From: Macrostomum lignano
Taxonomy: Eukaryota
Length of the DNA: 64,000 nucleotides
NCBI GenBank assembly: GCA_002269645.1
Contig: NIVC01000551.1
Span: forward strand, 434,001-498,000
Direction: 5' to 3'
The stretch's first letter is position 1. Each line of letters starts with the position of its first letter. The position numbers and the translations under genes were made by a program. Of this stretch, positions 12,274 to 24,711 are shown one piece after another. The notes under the pieces are model-generated. The model was given only the letters and a program-made list of their open reading frames with translations. It searched no databases and was not told the DNA's origin.

Positions 12274-12919
12274 AGCTGCCGGTAAGTTCCTGTTACTAAT
12301 TTGTGCTCTAATTGCCTTTGCTTATTCGGGGTTTGCTTATTTCCCATTGCTTGATTAGAGAGCTGAGCCAATTGTGATACCGTATTACTTGCTGTATTTA
12401 TTCAATAGTGAAGCCGCCTAATTGTCTGATTACTTTGCCTAAGGGCCTAATCGTTAACTATTACTAAACTCCTCATTATTCACACTTTCACCATCATTTC
12501 ACTCATGGCTTGCTGAAGCCTTTCTCCCTGGGTGGCGAAGCATAAGGAAGTTTGGGCAAGCTAATGGCCTCTCCCCGTGCAAAGCCCGCCTGTGAGTGCG
12601 TGCTGCGGGTCCGAGTGTGCGTGCGGTAGAGGGGATTAGCGAGTCTTGGCACAGAATGGCAGTAGGAAGGTTGCAACCCCATGCTGACGCGTCCCTTCGC
12701 CCTGAGCAATCTAAACTGTAGACAGTACATGTTCGCCTCACACTACTCTTAGTAATCAAAGCCGCAAGTCAGCCTCGCTCACAGCCACAAAGGATCCCCT
12801 GCTGAGAAATCCTCTAGATTGAGCCCAGAGTTCCCGAGCATGCCCCAAGCAGAGTCCCTGTACTCGGCTGCATGTGTCTCCCTGTTAGCCTAAATCCCCT
12901 GGTAACCAATCCATGCGGG

Positions 12920-13272
12920 GCTCTAAAATGAGTGCCCCTGGCGCTAAAATGAGTGCCTGCGGCGCTAAAATGAGTGCCTGTAGCGCTAAAAGGAGTGCCT
13001 TTAGCGCTAAAATGAGTGCCTGTAGCGCTAAAATGTGTGCCTGCGGCGCTAAAATGAGTGCCTGTGGCGCTAAAATGAGTGCCTGTAGCGCTAAAATGTG
13101 TGCCTGCGGCGCTAAAATGAGTGCCTGTAGCGCTAAAATGAGTGCCTGTAGCGCTAAAATGAGTGCCTGTAGCGCTAAAATGAGTGCCTGCGGCGCTAAA
13201 ATGAGTGCCTGTAGCGCTAAAATGAGTGCCTGCAGCGCTAAAAAGAGTGCCTGTGGCACTAAAATGAGTGCT
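12920..13272. repeat. 21-bp minisatellite (GGCGCTAAAATGAGTGCCTGY)n, about 17 copies
   Basis: Tandem array that explains the spurious 7-aa-period ORFs here. Confidence 0.95.
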
Positions 13273-13743
13273 GACAACACTGATTCTGAAAATAATTTTC
13301 TTGGCTACGCCCCCACCATAAAATCCATGGTGACGCTTCTGGGTTAGGTCACCCCTCGCTACGGAGTTAAGGATGATGCTGAGCTGGTGCGCTGATCGCC
13401 AGGTCAGGGACCTCCTGTCGGAGACAATGGAGTCAAGATTCAGCACCATGGAAGTCGAGCTACCTGAAGTCCTCGCACTGAGAGAATCCGTGTTCGTTCG
13501 GCAGGGTCACTGTAGGGCGCTGTCAAAAAATATAATAATAATTATTGATACTGGGCTTAATTTGTTTAGGTAACTTGTGATTCAAACTTATGCAGTGATC
13601 TCAGAATTCAGATCTCAGAAGACTGTTAGGTTTACTGAGTAGAGTCTCCTTGTGTTTTAAATTGCTCCTTGACCAGCCATATTTGCATGCAAATTGTCAG
13701 AAGCACTGCAGCAAGCCTCCAGATCCATGACTTGATAGCGGCT

Positions 13744-13826
13744 TTCCAGGTAGCTCTGCACTGCGGCAGATAAGAGCAGGTGCGCACAAGCTCTACTTAT
13801 CATGGCAGACGCAAAACAGGCGATAG
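13744..13826 (+). promoter_or_regulatory. Conserved upstream module of gene 1 (GATA and E-box motifs)
   Basis: TTCCAGGTAGCTCTGCACTGCGGCAGATAAGAGCAGGTGCGCACAAGCTCTACTTATCA...AAACAGGCGATAG recurs upstream of all four genes. It contains AGATAA, CAGGTG and a reverse TTATCA. Confidence 0.5.
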
Positions 13827-13964
13827 TGACTTTTCGAGAAAAAAATTGCTTTTTTACTTTAAGTCCTGTGGTCGGCTCAGCGTGCGTGAGTTTTACCTTT
13901 TCTCAAAAGCGAAAGTCCGCGTTAATTTTGACTGGATTTAATCAGATTGGCACAAACTCGCAAA

Positions 13965-16900
13965 ATGCACTGCGTGTCTGCTGGAGCCCGACGTCTCTTC
14001 CGCTGCAGTTGCTGCTGCTGGCTGCTTCTGGTTGCTGCTGCAGCTGCTCTGCTGCTGTGCGATGAGGCGGCTGCTCAAGGCACGTCGTGTGGAAAACTGG
14101 TGCCGGGTCAGGTGGATCCTGTGACAGTGGCTGCTGTTCGCTCTTCTGCAACTTCATCAATAACAGTTAATTGGCTGGCACCAGACCGTGGCATCACAGG
14201 GTACTTTTACATAGTTAACTGCCCCAGCTGTCCCAGTCGGCAGCACAACACTACAGATGAGACATTCACATTTCGAGGTCTCACAGCGGCTACTGAGTAC
14301 AGCTTCTCAATTCAGGCTGGACTTCGGAATTGCAGACTCAGCCCTGCATTCCATCTTTCTGGAAGGACAGGTGAGAATGAAAACTGTGCGGGTCCTCGAA
14401 AGCGCCGTTGGCTGCTTCACCTGGCCACCTGAATTTCTAAGAAAAATACATGCAATGTCTTACTTTATGTCTAATCCGAGTTGGATTATTAAATGAATTC
14501 TGTTCCAACTTGTATTAATTACTGATTCAAATGCTGTTCAAATACCAAACCATCTGGTGGAAGTTTAGCAATTCCCAACACAATTGCAGCACTCAGCAGT
14601 ATCCCAGGACCAGTGCACATCTCGGATGTGACGGAGACGAGCTTCAGAGCCCGGTGGGCGGCCTCTCCCGATGTCGGAGTCGAGTATGAAGTCAGCTGCG
14701 CTGGCAGAGTGCCAGACGCAACCGCTGTGTGCAGAGGCCAGCCATCCGGAGCCTCTGTCACTGTCAGAGTGAGACCCGTCAAGACTGGGTTTGAGCCTGC
14801 GTTTTACATTTACGGCACAGCTTTGACCAGTGAGTTTCATTACCATATTGGAGATATTTTAGCTGCACTGCAATACAGACAGGCCCAAAACTATAAAGTA
14901 TTATTGATGTATTTTGCAAACTCTGTTAATTTGAACTGTGAGCTGAGATTTGATCAAACTGCAGTTTCAAATCGTGTTGTAATGATATTAACTCTAAATC
15001 AATTCAGCATCAATCAAAGAAACTTCCGTAGCAATCAAACTCGTCAGAGATGCTCCTCAATTGCAGAGCTGTTCGGCATTGACGCCAGCTCAGCTCAGTA
15101 CAGCTCCAATGAGACCGCCATCTCTGTGACTTGGCAGCCATCCAGCACTTCTGGCGTCTCGTACCAGCTCACCTGCAAGCGGGTCGGCTCAGGTGAAGTC
15201 TCGACTGCGTCTTCAGCCACTCCGTCTGCTACCTGCGGCTCCCTGCAGTCTGGACAGGCCTATGAGCTGCAGGTGGCTGTGCAGAAGGCGGGCGGCTTTG
15301 ATGACGTCATCACGTCTCTATCTGGACAGCTGACCAGTGAGTTCCCTCTGGTGCTTTGCTTTGGAAATAAAAAGCGGTGGCAAAAGTCAAGGCTCGCGTT
15401 CGCATCGCCGTCAGTTGAGCCAGCCGTGTGCATTGATTTGACAGTAGGAATCGATGGCTTTGGCTTGAGCAGTCAAGATTTTGCATCTCCATATTCTGCA
15501 TTATGCATGCTCATTAGTATTCAACTTGAGATTTATGAGCAACTGAACTGCTTAGATTTTTTGCTGAGCTGAGACTGTAGACAAAGCGTGTTAATTGTTT
15601 TATACGCTTGGTCTTAGTATTTATTGAAATTAATACTTGAGTATAAAATATTTAAAAAGTATTTCTCACTCAAAACATACCTACACGTGATTTCCATCGG
15701 GGTACCAGAGAGTATGTGATGTGTTCCTTACTACCAAGACTTTCTCAGTAATCAAGGAACAATCACTTCTAGCTACTGCTAGGCAACCCAGTAATCAAAT
15801 GAAGGTATCTCCTACCTTGATTCCTGTCTTGGAGAGCTCCTCCTTGTGTTGCAGTTCTCTGTCTTCTTTACTCGTTAGACGTCTATATTTCGTAGACCAG
15901 GTTCGCGTTCCTTTTACTTCCACTGAAGTCGTTTCCGGCCGGTATCTGTCGTTCGGACCAATCAGAAGCTTCGTATTATAAATGGGGATCCCTGCGCCTT
16001 AATGCGGTTTCAAATAAGCCTTCTCCTTCTTGAAGTGCCTTAATGCACTCTAGGTATAGCTCCGGTAGTCGCTGATAGTCCTCTAAGATCTATCAGGGTA
16101 GTCCTTCTGGAGACTACAACCAATGGAGCCTCAATAGACTCAAGAGTCTCAACAGACTCTAACTCAACAACAACAGTGAGTCGACTCAAACAACAGGCGC
16201 AAATGAGTTAGGCTTACCGCAATAACTCAGCCGAGTCTCGATTGACTTGGTCTACAGGAAGTCCTGCTGAGGCTTCCTCTTCGGAGCTTTTCCTTCTGTA
16301 GGTTCGGTTGTTGGCTCCAGGTCCGCTTCGGACCACTTGTGTTTATAGAGAAACAGACCCCTCGTGAGGTCGTTCATCACCTTTTTCGTAAATGTCAAAG
16401 GGTCACGCTTTGGTTGCTGTCAAGCATGACAGGGTAGAAAGTTAAGCCACTAGTCTAGTGTAACCGCGCATGACTGGTTATCGTGGTTGGGTTATTTTGG
16501 GCTTTCTTTGATCGGTTCATCCGGTGCAGGCCGAATGATGAATCGCAGATGGGTCTACACTTGACAATTGTAGGTCACGCATGATTGGTCGGTTGCTATA
16601 AATAGCATGTTCGACTTTACTCTCTCTTGTGATTGGTTAATTAAAATATATATGTGATTCAGTACTTCATTTTATACATGCTACTTGGTATACTACTGAA
16701 TAAAATGTGAGTAGTACATTAACACTTTTTAATGTCTTTTTATGGGAAGTAGAACACTCTACATATGGTATAAGTAGCGTCGTTGCGGTAAAGGCAAATG
16801 TTCTACTGGTAAACACAAAATAAAAGCAATAGGCCTCAGTTTAAAAAATGCAGACAGTTTTCGCAGCTACTTTAAATAGTTGGACTGTTGAACTGAACGC

Positions 16901-19900
16901 AAAAATGAAAAACTATGGCGTCATCGCAGAATTTTTAAGGTAAATTTGCCGAATTCACATCGCTTAAACAAATTCGTGCATTGAAACTTTGCAGAGCTCT
17001 CTGGCATTGACGCCAGCTCAGCTCAGTACAGCTCCAATGAGACCGCTATCTCTGTGACTTGGCAGCCACCCAGCACTTCTGGCGTCTCGTACCAGCTCAC
17101 CTGCAAGCGAGTCGGCTCAGGTGAAGTCTCGACTGCGTCTTCATCCACTCCGTCTGCCACCTGCGGGTCCCTGACGTCTGGACAGGAATATGAGCTGCGG
17201 GTGGCTGTGCAGAAGGCGGGCGGTTTTGATGAAGTCATCACACGTCTGTCCAACCAGCTGACCAGTGAGTGCTCAGCTGCTGTGGTGCCTCTTTTACCTG
17301 CATGTATCTTGTTCAATAATATTTTCATACCTAGTCATAATAGTTGGTGCAGTTGAATACGCGAGGGGCAGAACAGCTCTGTGGTAAATGCTTCTGACTT
17401 TCACACCAAAAGGTTCACATCGTAAAAATTTCAATTTTCTAAAATTTCATCACCTCAAAAAGCGTGACTGAGTTCACCGTGACTGCTCAGATGCTGATCG
17501 AGTGCTCACTGCCCGTTGTTGCTTATCCGTGGTTTTGGTTTTTCCCACAAACTACCCCGGAATGTAAAGGCTTAGTACTACGTTGAGTATTTGCAATCAT
17601 GAGATACTTAGGAAAGAGGTAATAATCTGCGTATGGCAGTACAAAATTGTCTCTTGAGTTCGACATAGACAAATAAAGCTTTACTGTAAGACAGACAGCC
17701 ACAATGCGTCACATATTCAGCCATAACTTTTGAGGTAAGTAGCCAAGAAAGACGAATTATGACGCTTTAAGGTGAAACCAAAGATGCAGCTTTCAGCCTT
17801 CACGGAATGGGCCATAGGGCCAAAACTGCCACCTCTTTCTGAACACCCATTGAAGAAGCGAGAATACTCACTTACTTGCGCTGTACAAGTATATGGATTG
17901 CTGTGTGCTCAAAAGAAACTGATATTTGCAGTCAGTAGAGATTTATCAATCAGTTAGTGAAGGGGAGACAAACACTAAACAGGCACTGGGTTGCACCCCA
18001 TGGCCGAACTAACAAAAAGCGAATGAATGAGAGAATTTACAGAAAAAGGGTAAGGCAAGGGATAAGAGCAGAAATATAAACCCTGAAATCACATGTAAAA
18101 GCCCATCAAAGGCAATTCTCTTTAAAAGCATTAAATCTGCGGCAGCCACAGCATCACTTCGCCAGTCACCGACGCATTTCACCTCTTGAGCAGACAGCAC
18201 AAGAATAATGGGCCCAGGTAGCGCCTCCTCTGCACAGGCTGTGCGCTGAGAACGAGCGAGCGAGCGTCCTGCCCATCAGTTGCTAGGCAGCAGAGGATCC
18301 GCTCGCCAACTGATAGCAGAACAAGGGTTGCCAAGCTTTCTGATGCGAATGTGGCTCTCTAACGCAGACACCGGGCAAAGCGGGTGTCCTTCTTTTAGCC
18401 TTGGAAGCAACGCTCGGAGCAGCCTCGCGAAGGACTGGTTCTTCTTGCCATTAACTGACGGAGAGCACGACAACCTCCGGGTGGCGTTGAAAGGCTGAGA
18501 CGGAGATTGGCGAAGCGGACTGCTGACTGGGAAGGAGACTTGGAGCGCAGAAGCATCCCCCAAGAAGCAACCTGCGTCACAAGCCAGCAGACTCTATCAA
18601 GGGAACTGCTCGAATTAAGTCACTTCCTCGCAGACAACAACATCGCAGGCGAGATCGGCATCTTCCGTCTTGGTCGCTGGCACATCCTCCGTTTGGCGCC
18701 GTGAACGAGCAGTGAGACTAGGGGGTGTTTTGATAGATCCTCAGCACCAAAGGCTTTTAACCAGCTGGACAGTGCACTGATGTGAGTACGCAGACTGGTA
18801 AACGATCTCAGGTGGCATTTGACCAGATGAGTCGGGTGTCTCCGATTGAGTAGGGTTGGTCGCATTGAGACGGGTTGGTCGGATTGAGTCGGGTTGGTCG
18901 GATTGAGTCGGGTTGGTCGGATTGAGTCGGGTTGGTCGGATTGAGTCGAGTTGGTCGGATTGAGTCGGGTTGGTCGGATTGAGACGGGTTGGTCGGATTG
19001 AGTCGGGTTGGTCGGATTGAGTCGGGTTGGTCGGATTGAGTCGGGTTGGTCGGATTGAGTCGGGTTGGTCGGATTGAGTCGGGTTAGTCCTGCTCTTGTT
19101 GAGTAGCTACGCCAGGACCGGACGGCCGATGAGATCGCCCTACGTGACTGCGGAGCGTCTGTTCCAGCGAGGCCGGAGGCGGCGTTGCAGGGAGGCGCTT
19201 TGTGAAAAAAAATACGGGAGCCAAAAAGAGAAAACGCTTGATCCGAAACCTCCGGAAACAAGGCAATTTGCTGGCAGACGTGAAGCACAAATTCCGTTCT
19301 GACTCAAAAAATTCATTGACTGAGGCGCCAGGTGGCAGGCTGCAGTCGTGAATAAGGCGGATGGAAGACGAGTCTGCCTTAGCGACCGCACTAAGTGCAC
19401 TTCCGAAGAGCGGCCGATTGCCTGCTTGGCAGCGCCATTAGCGGTGCTGCTCAAGCTCCTGGCGCACCTGGGCCTCAATAGCTTGCTGGTGAAAAGTAAC
19501 AGATCTGTACAAAAGTAACGTTGTTAGAAATACAGAAGTCGTTCTTCAAACCATCGAGCACGAACCTGACTTGCTCCTCCGGCATCTCGGACCAGCCAAA
19601 CTGCAAAGACAAGACTGCTTGACAACTCTGTTGAACTCGGTCACTTGGGGTCGGGGGCGGTTCCACTGTCGTGGGGCACAGGAGGGTAACCCGACGATAG
19701 ACTCTGAGTTCTGTTCCTCAAATCACACGCTAGATTTTTGAAAGTTGACCCGAGTCTCCATCAGCGTGGTCTCGGGCTTCGGAGTGCGGCTGTGTGCATC
19801 TGCTTCACTGATGAGCTGTTGAAGTCGAAACAGACCCGTGGCTGCGTTCGCTTTTTAGACGCTGTTGCATTTATCATTTTTGTTGGTGCCATCAAATGTG

Positions 19901-22900
19901 TTGCCACCAGACCCAGGACTGTGCTGACAGCATTCCACCGCGTTCCGTCAAGCTGGAGAAGCCGAAACTCGTCATCATATGACATGACTTTTGTGCGATC
20001 GAAGACTAAATCTAGCAGGTCGGAGATGATCGATCAACTCGGAAGAATCGATTCTACCATCAACAACATGCAGCATTTGAACCTGTAATTTATGGCTCCT
20101 GGAGATAAAGTCGCCAAACAACAGGGACTCAGGCTTTACCACTGCAACAACAGACTGGATTCCTTGTCTCTGGTGACGCTCACTGATAAAATCAACCACT
20201 CTGTAAACCACCGGCGCATGAGCATGCGAAGCTTCAGCTCCTGTCTGCCCGAAAATACATTCGTTATACAAATCATGCCACTCACCGGGAGTCTGATCTC
20301 GTCAGACTCATTCTTTCGCGGCCGTCGCGCCACATTGGTGCGCTTCAGCGAGTTCTGCCTCGAGATCGAGATCCAGCAGCCGAATGCGCAGTTCAGTCTT
20401 CTGCAGCTGTTCCTCGACTCTGCCTCCCGTCGCCGCTCAACATTCAGCCGAAGCGCCCCCCGCCGGTTGCATCTCGCCCTCAGGTGAAGCCAGACTAATT
20501 AAATTTTGTGTGCCAGCATTCATTGGTGATATCTTGTCCTCTTGAGTACGACGGGATGAGCTTCTGTCCTGCTCCAACGTCTGCCACTCGAGCTCCTTGG
20601 CAATGCTACGTTTAAGGCGACTTGTCAGCTCTTTCTTATTGCCATTTGTAGGCAAGCCGCGCTCTCTAAGGGCTTCTCGAAGCGCTTTGTTTTTTGCGGG
20701 CAGTTCGAATACAAAGGTGTCTGCCATGATTCAGTAGTCAAAAAAATTAAAAATTAAACCTGAGCAAACGCTAGTAGCCACAAAGGTGGCGGTCTAAATA
20801 GACACACGGCGTGGACGACGCACTCACCACCCCACCACACAGCAAAAACCCAAACAGCCCCTGGCACTAAAGGCGGTTAGCAGTCTCTGTATCAGATTAT
20901 AACTCGAAAAAATCGGGACCTTTAAGTCAGGAGCTGCTCACCCACCTCGCAACCGCAGAGCTCTTCCCAATTGACGCCAGCTCAGTGAGTTTCACCATCA
21001 CAGAGACTTCCATCTCCCTGACTTGGGCGGCGTCCATCACTGAAGGAGTTCTGTACCGGGTGACCTACAGTCGAGTCAGCACAGGGAGTTCTTCATCTCT
21101 GCCTCCATCAAAGTATCTGAGTGCCACCGTCAGCGGTCTGCAGTCAGGAGAGGCCTATAACCTGAGTGTGGCTGTGAGTAAGCAGGGCGGCTTCCATGAA
21201 GTTGTCACCTGGCTGCCAATCCAGCTGACCAGTGAGTTGGAGCTCAGCAAATGATTGCAGCTGCTCTCATTAGGCACAACTCGCTTCTATTGGGTCCGTT
21301 TCATTGCAGAGCTGTTCGGCATTGACGCCAGCTCAGCTCAGTACAGCTCCAATGAGACCGCCATCTCTGTGACTTGGCAGCCATCCAGCACTTCTGGCGT
21401 CTCGTACCAGCTCACCTGCAAGCGAGTCGGCTCAGGTGAAGTCTCGACTGCGTCTTCATCGACTCCGTCTGGCACCTGCGGCTCCCTGCAGTCTGGACAG
21501 GCCTATGAACTGCGGGTGGCTGTGCAGAAGTCGGGCGGCTTTGATGACGTCATCACGCCTCTGTCTAACCAGCTGACCAGTGAGTTGGAGCTCAGTAAAT
21601 CATTGCAGCTGCTCTGATGAGGCACAGCTCGCTTCTATTGGGTCCGTTTCATTGCAGAGCTGTTCGGCATTGACGCCAGCTCAGCTCAGTACAGCTCCAA
21701 TGAGACCGCCATCTCTGTGACTTGGCAGCCATCCAGAACTTCTGGCGTCTCGTACCAGCTCACCTGCAAGCGAGTCGGCTCAGGAGAAGTCTCGACTGCG
21801 TTTTCATTTACTACGTCAGCCACATGCGGCTCCCTGCAGTCTGGACAGGAATATGAGCTGCAGGTGGCTGTGCAGAAGACGGACGGCTTTGGTGACGTCA
21901 TCACGGCTCTGTCCAATCAGCTGACCAGTGAGACTTGCATTTGTACTGACTTTAGTTACAGCCTGTTTTCAAATCAACTCTGAATGTGCTGGTACTTTCA
22001 CGGAATTCAGAGGACAGCGTTGCACCTGCGGTGTCCGGCCTGACGATTCTGCTAATCCCTGGCGGTCCCGTCCGCCTCAGCTGGAAGCCGCTCAGCCCCG
22101 AGCTCGGCCGGGGCGTCGTGTTCGAGTTCGAGCTGCGACTCGACGGTCCGGGCGGCTGCGCGGCGGCCCGGCGGCTGAACTGCTCCGACTGCGGCCGCCA
22201 CCGCCTCCAGCTGCAGTCGGAGGAGGCCCGGCAGCGGCTCGAGGCCCTGACGGCCGACTGCTCAGCGCCGGTGCTCGTGCGGACTTTCGAGTTCGGCGAC
22301 GCCTCGCTGTCCGCGGAGGTCGCCGTCAGCTCCGAGGGCGCCTCCCCGCGCTCGCTGCTGCCCTGGACCGAGTACGGCGCCTCGCTGTGGCCGGTGAACC
22401 TCGCGGGGCCCGGCGCCGCCGCCTCCGCCTCCTTCCGCAGCCCGGAGACTCGCAGCGGCGCCGTCGGCGGCCTGCAGGCGACGCCCTCGGAGGCGGAGGC
22501 GCTGGTGGAGTTCGAGGAGCCGCGGCTGCCAAACGGCCTGCTGCAGGCGTTCGCTGTGCATGTGAGAATCACGAGTACTTTGATTGAGGCTACTGAATGG
22601 TTCATTTCGCACGAGGCATTTCATGACATTCCGCAGGTGTTCAATGTGGCTTCTAATGTCTGCTCGCAGCTGCTGGTGCTGAACTCCACCAACGCCGGCT
22701 GCCAGTTGCCCTCCTGCACAACGGGAGGCTTTCTGGACCTGCTGTCCAGGACGTGCGCCAGCACCCAGTACGTCAACAACAGCGCGAACGGCTCAGATGC
22801 GTACGCCGTCAGAGTGCGGCAGCTGCAGCCGGGCACCGAGTACTCGGTGAGGGTGACGCCGGTCAGCCAGACTTTAGCTGGAGACTCAGCTGAGCTCAAA

Positions 22901-23502
22901 TTCGTCACTGCTGTCGGAGACGGCGGCGGTGGCGCAGCGACCATCGTGGTGGCAGTCGCGGTGTCGCTGGTGGTCATTCTCGTTATCGCTGCGGCTTCGC
23001 TGATCTTCCTTCGGATTCGTCGGCAAAACAGGTGCGACTCAAATTTTGTGCTCAAAGCAGCTGAGCTGGGAAGGTGCAGAGAAACTGAGAGTCCCGGTTT
23101 CGATTCCGTTAATTTGTGTGCACGTACCTGATGGTGAGGTGGTCAGGACCGATGTGCACTCTGTGTGAGCCTGTGTTATGCTACAAAGGTTCATTGGCTG
23201 AATGATGTCCCTAAAGTACAAACTGAGCACCTGGTCTGGGAGCCATTGGTTGGTGCTGGTAACTCGAACTCACCCGAATTTTACAGAGTGCTCACCAACT
23301 TACAATGTTTAGGAGCCATAATTAAGTGCCGTAATTTCAACTGAACCCTTCCAGATCTCCACAGAAAGCTGTTAAGCCAGCTTCTGACAGCACTGCAGGC
23401 AGTCAAGTCAGCGGTGCACAAAACGATTACGCCATGGTCGTTGAAGGCTCCGCTCAGTCAGCTGAATATGTGGAGATCCCTGCTGTGAATGGCCGACGCT
23501 AG
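13965..23502 (+). CDS. Gene 1: single-pass FN3-repeat receptor (about 9 FN3) with a tandem-Tyr tail. Exons 13965-14370, 14590-14829, 15067-15336, 16995-17264, 20959-21231, 21310-21579, 21658-21927, 22011-22561, 22637-23031, 23355-23502
   Basis: Signal peptide MHCVSAGARRLFRCSCCCWLLLVAAAAALLLCDEAAA. FN3 W/Y hallmarks such as ITVNW...GLTAATEYSFSI, ISVTW...LQSGQAYELQV and LQPGTEYSVRV. TM helix IVVAVAVSLVVILVIAAASLIFL followed by RIRR. Tail NDYAMVVEGSAQSAEYVEIPAVNGRR*. All splice phases are compatible. A small extra cytoplasmic exon cannot be excluded. Confidence 0.85.
15710..16790. mobile_element. About 1-kb intronic insertion, possibly an LTR-element fragment; boundaries approximate
   Basis: The intron is 1658 bp in gene 1 and 1651 bp in gene 3, but only 650 bp in the equivalent gene 4 intron, whose flanks still align. 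The insert has a weak minus-strand KVGDT motif plus ATTGG and TATAAATA motifs. Confidence 0.45.
17958..20880 (-). mobile_element. Degenerate tyrosine-recombinase element (DIRS/Ngaro-like), copy 1, 2923 bp
   Basis: Minus-strand remnants include a SAP-like KALREALRERGLPTNGNKKELTSRL and FVLDGLKNDF. YR motifs include SLRTHISALSSWLKAFG..KHPLVSLLVHGAKR..RKMPISPAMLL, LPRLKEGHPLCPVSAL, FSAHSLCRGGATWA and GDWRSDAV. Ends are defined against the empty site at about 1550-1570. Frameshifted, and no intact RT was seen. Confidence 0.8.
18826..19085. repeat. 19-bp minisatellite (TGAGTCGGGTTGGTCGGAT)n inside the recombinase ORF
   Basis: Tandem array. Similar length at about 39535-39795 and shorter at about 28810-28915. 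Confidence 0.93.
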
Positions 23503-23844
23503 GGACTTGAGGTTACATTGCTCAGTGAAACTGAGTGAAACTGAATAAACCTCAATATTCGAGTCTGTTTGCACAAACTATATTATGTGTTACACCCACA
23601 TTGCAGACTAATCATTGCATTGATTGACTATTCTAACGAAAATTGAATTTCCAAATCTCTGCTCTGCTGTGATGTCACAATACTACTAATGAGTAGCAAT
23701 CGATAGTCTGTTATGTCAGGTTGATTTCTCTCTGATTGTCAAACCCTGCATTGATGACTGCTTTTTCAGAATTATACGAAATATATTTTTAAATTTATCA
23801 TGTACGATACACACTTATTGGTACATTCAAACTACATAAAAAAG

Positions 23845-24055
23845 ACATTCAGATTTTGCATAGGGAATGACATTCAGATTGCATAGGGATTGACATTCAG
23901 ACTGCACAGGGATTGACATTCAGACTGCATAGGGAATGACATTCAGATTGCAGAGAATGACATTCAGATTGCAGAGAATGACATTCAGATTGCAGAGAAT
24001 GACATTCAGATTGCAGAGAATGACATTCAGATTGCAGAGAATGGCATTCAGACTG
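23845..24055. repeat. Intergenic minisatellite with 23-bp and 21-bp variants of TGACATTCAGATTGCATAGGGAA
   Basis: Tandem array downstream of gene 1. Confidence 0.92.
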
Positions 24056-24531
24056 TTAAAATGGATATCAAAATTAAAATTGTATTTTGAAGAATGCCAT
24101 GAGCAAACTGACAACAGCTAAACACCTGTGATTCCGTGATGCAAAACCAGAGAGCTCAACACTGCAAAAGGACATTCCAACTGACAGCCAGAAATGCATG
24201 CCGCTTCTCTGCCCTACATGTACTCTGAGCTGCTCAATATCAGCTGTTGAAACTGCAGATAAGAACAGCTGCGCCTCTTCTGCGCATGGCTGAACGAAGC
24301 CACAGATAAAACAAGTCTTCAGCAAAAAATATGCATGACTGTCCGCAACATGGCGACTCAGCTGATGGCCCTGTTTTTATACATTAGCTGAGCTCAGGCT
24401 GACTTGGCGAGCGTTGTCAGACTCGAAAAATGTCACCTGAAGCTGAGTCGGTTGCTCAAAGGTGACATTGTGTGGAAAAATTTGACTGACCATTTTTGAG
24501 TACTTAATTATCGGGTCCATAAGTCAATATT

Positions 24532-24607
24532 TTCCAGGTAGCTCCGGACTGCAGCAGATAAGAGCAGGTGCGCACAAGCTCCATTTATTATGACAAACAG
24601 GCGATAG
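24532..24607 (+). promoter_or_regulatory. Conserved upstream module of gene 2 (diverged; second GATA lost)
   Basis: GCAGATAAGAGCAGGTGCGCACAAGCTC is retained. Confidence 0.45.
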
Positions 24608-24711
24608 CAAATTATCGCAATAATTTTACATATTTCAGTTTAAGGTCTGCGCTCGGCTCAGCATGCGAATTTTGTTTTAAAATTCAAATTTTTATTTTTC
24701 AAACTCGCAAA

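Noticed and set aside
12814-13449. Antifreeze- or mucin-like repetitive ORFs
   Set aside because: Artefact of the 21-bp minisatellite.
14569-14589. Alternative upstream acceptor for exon 2 of gene 1
   Set aside because: It is not conserved in phase in the paralogs. The CAATTGYAG acceptor gives a 240-bp phase-1 exon in all four genes.
19738-20487. + strand ORFs (MKVDPSL..., MAPGDKV...) repeated three times
   Set aside because: They are antisense to the gag-like region of the YR element, and they recur only because the element is duplicated.
21952-22624. Antisense and alternative-frame ORFs over the GC-rich FN3 exons (also at 31.3-32.5, 42.6-43.8 and 55.4-56.4 kb)
   Set aside because: Shadow ORFs caused by high GC content. 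The + strand FN3 frame explains the sequence.
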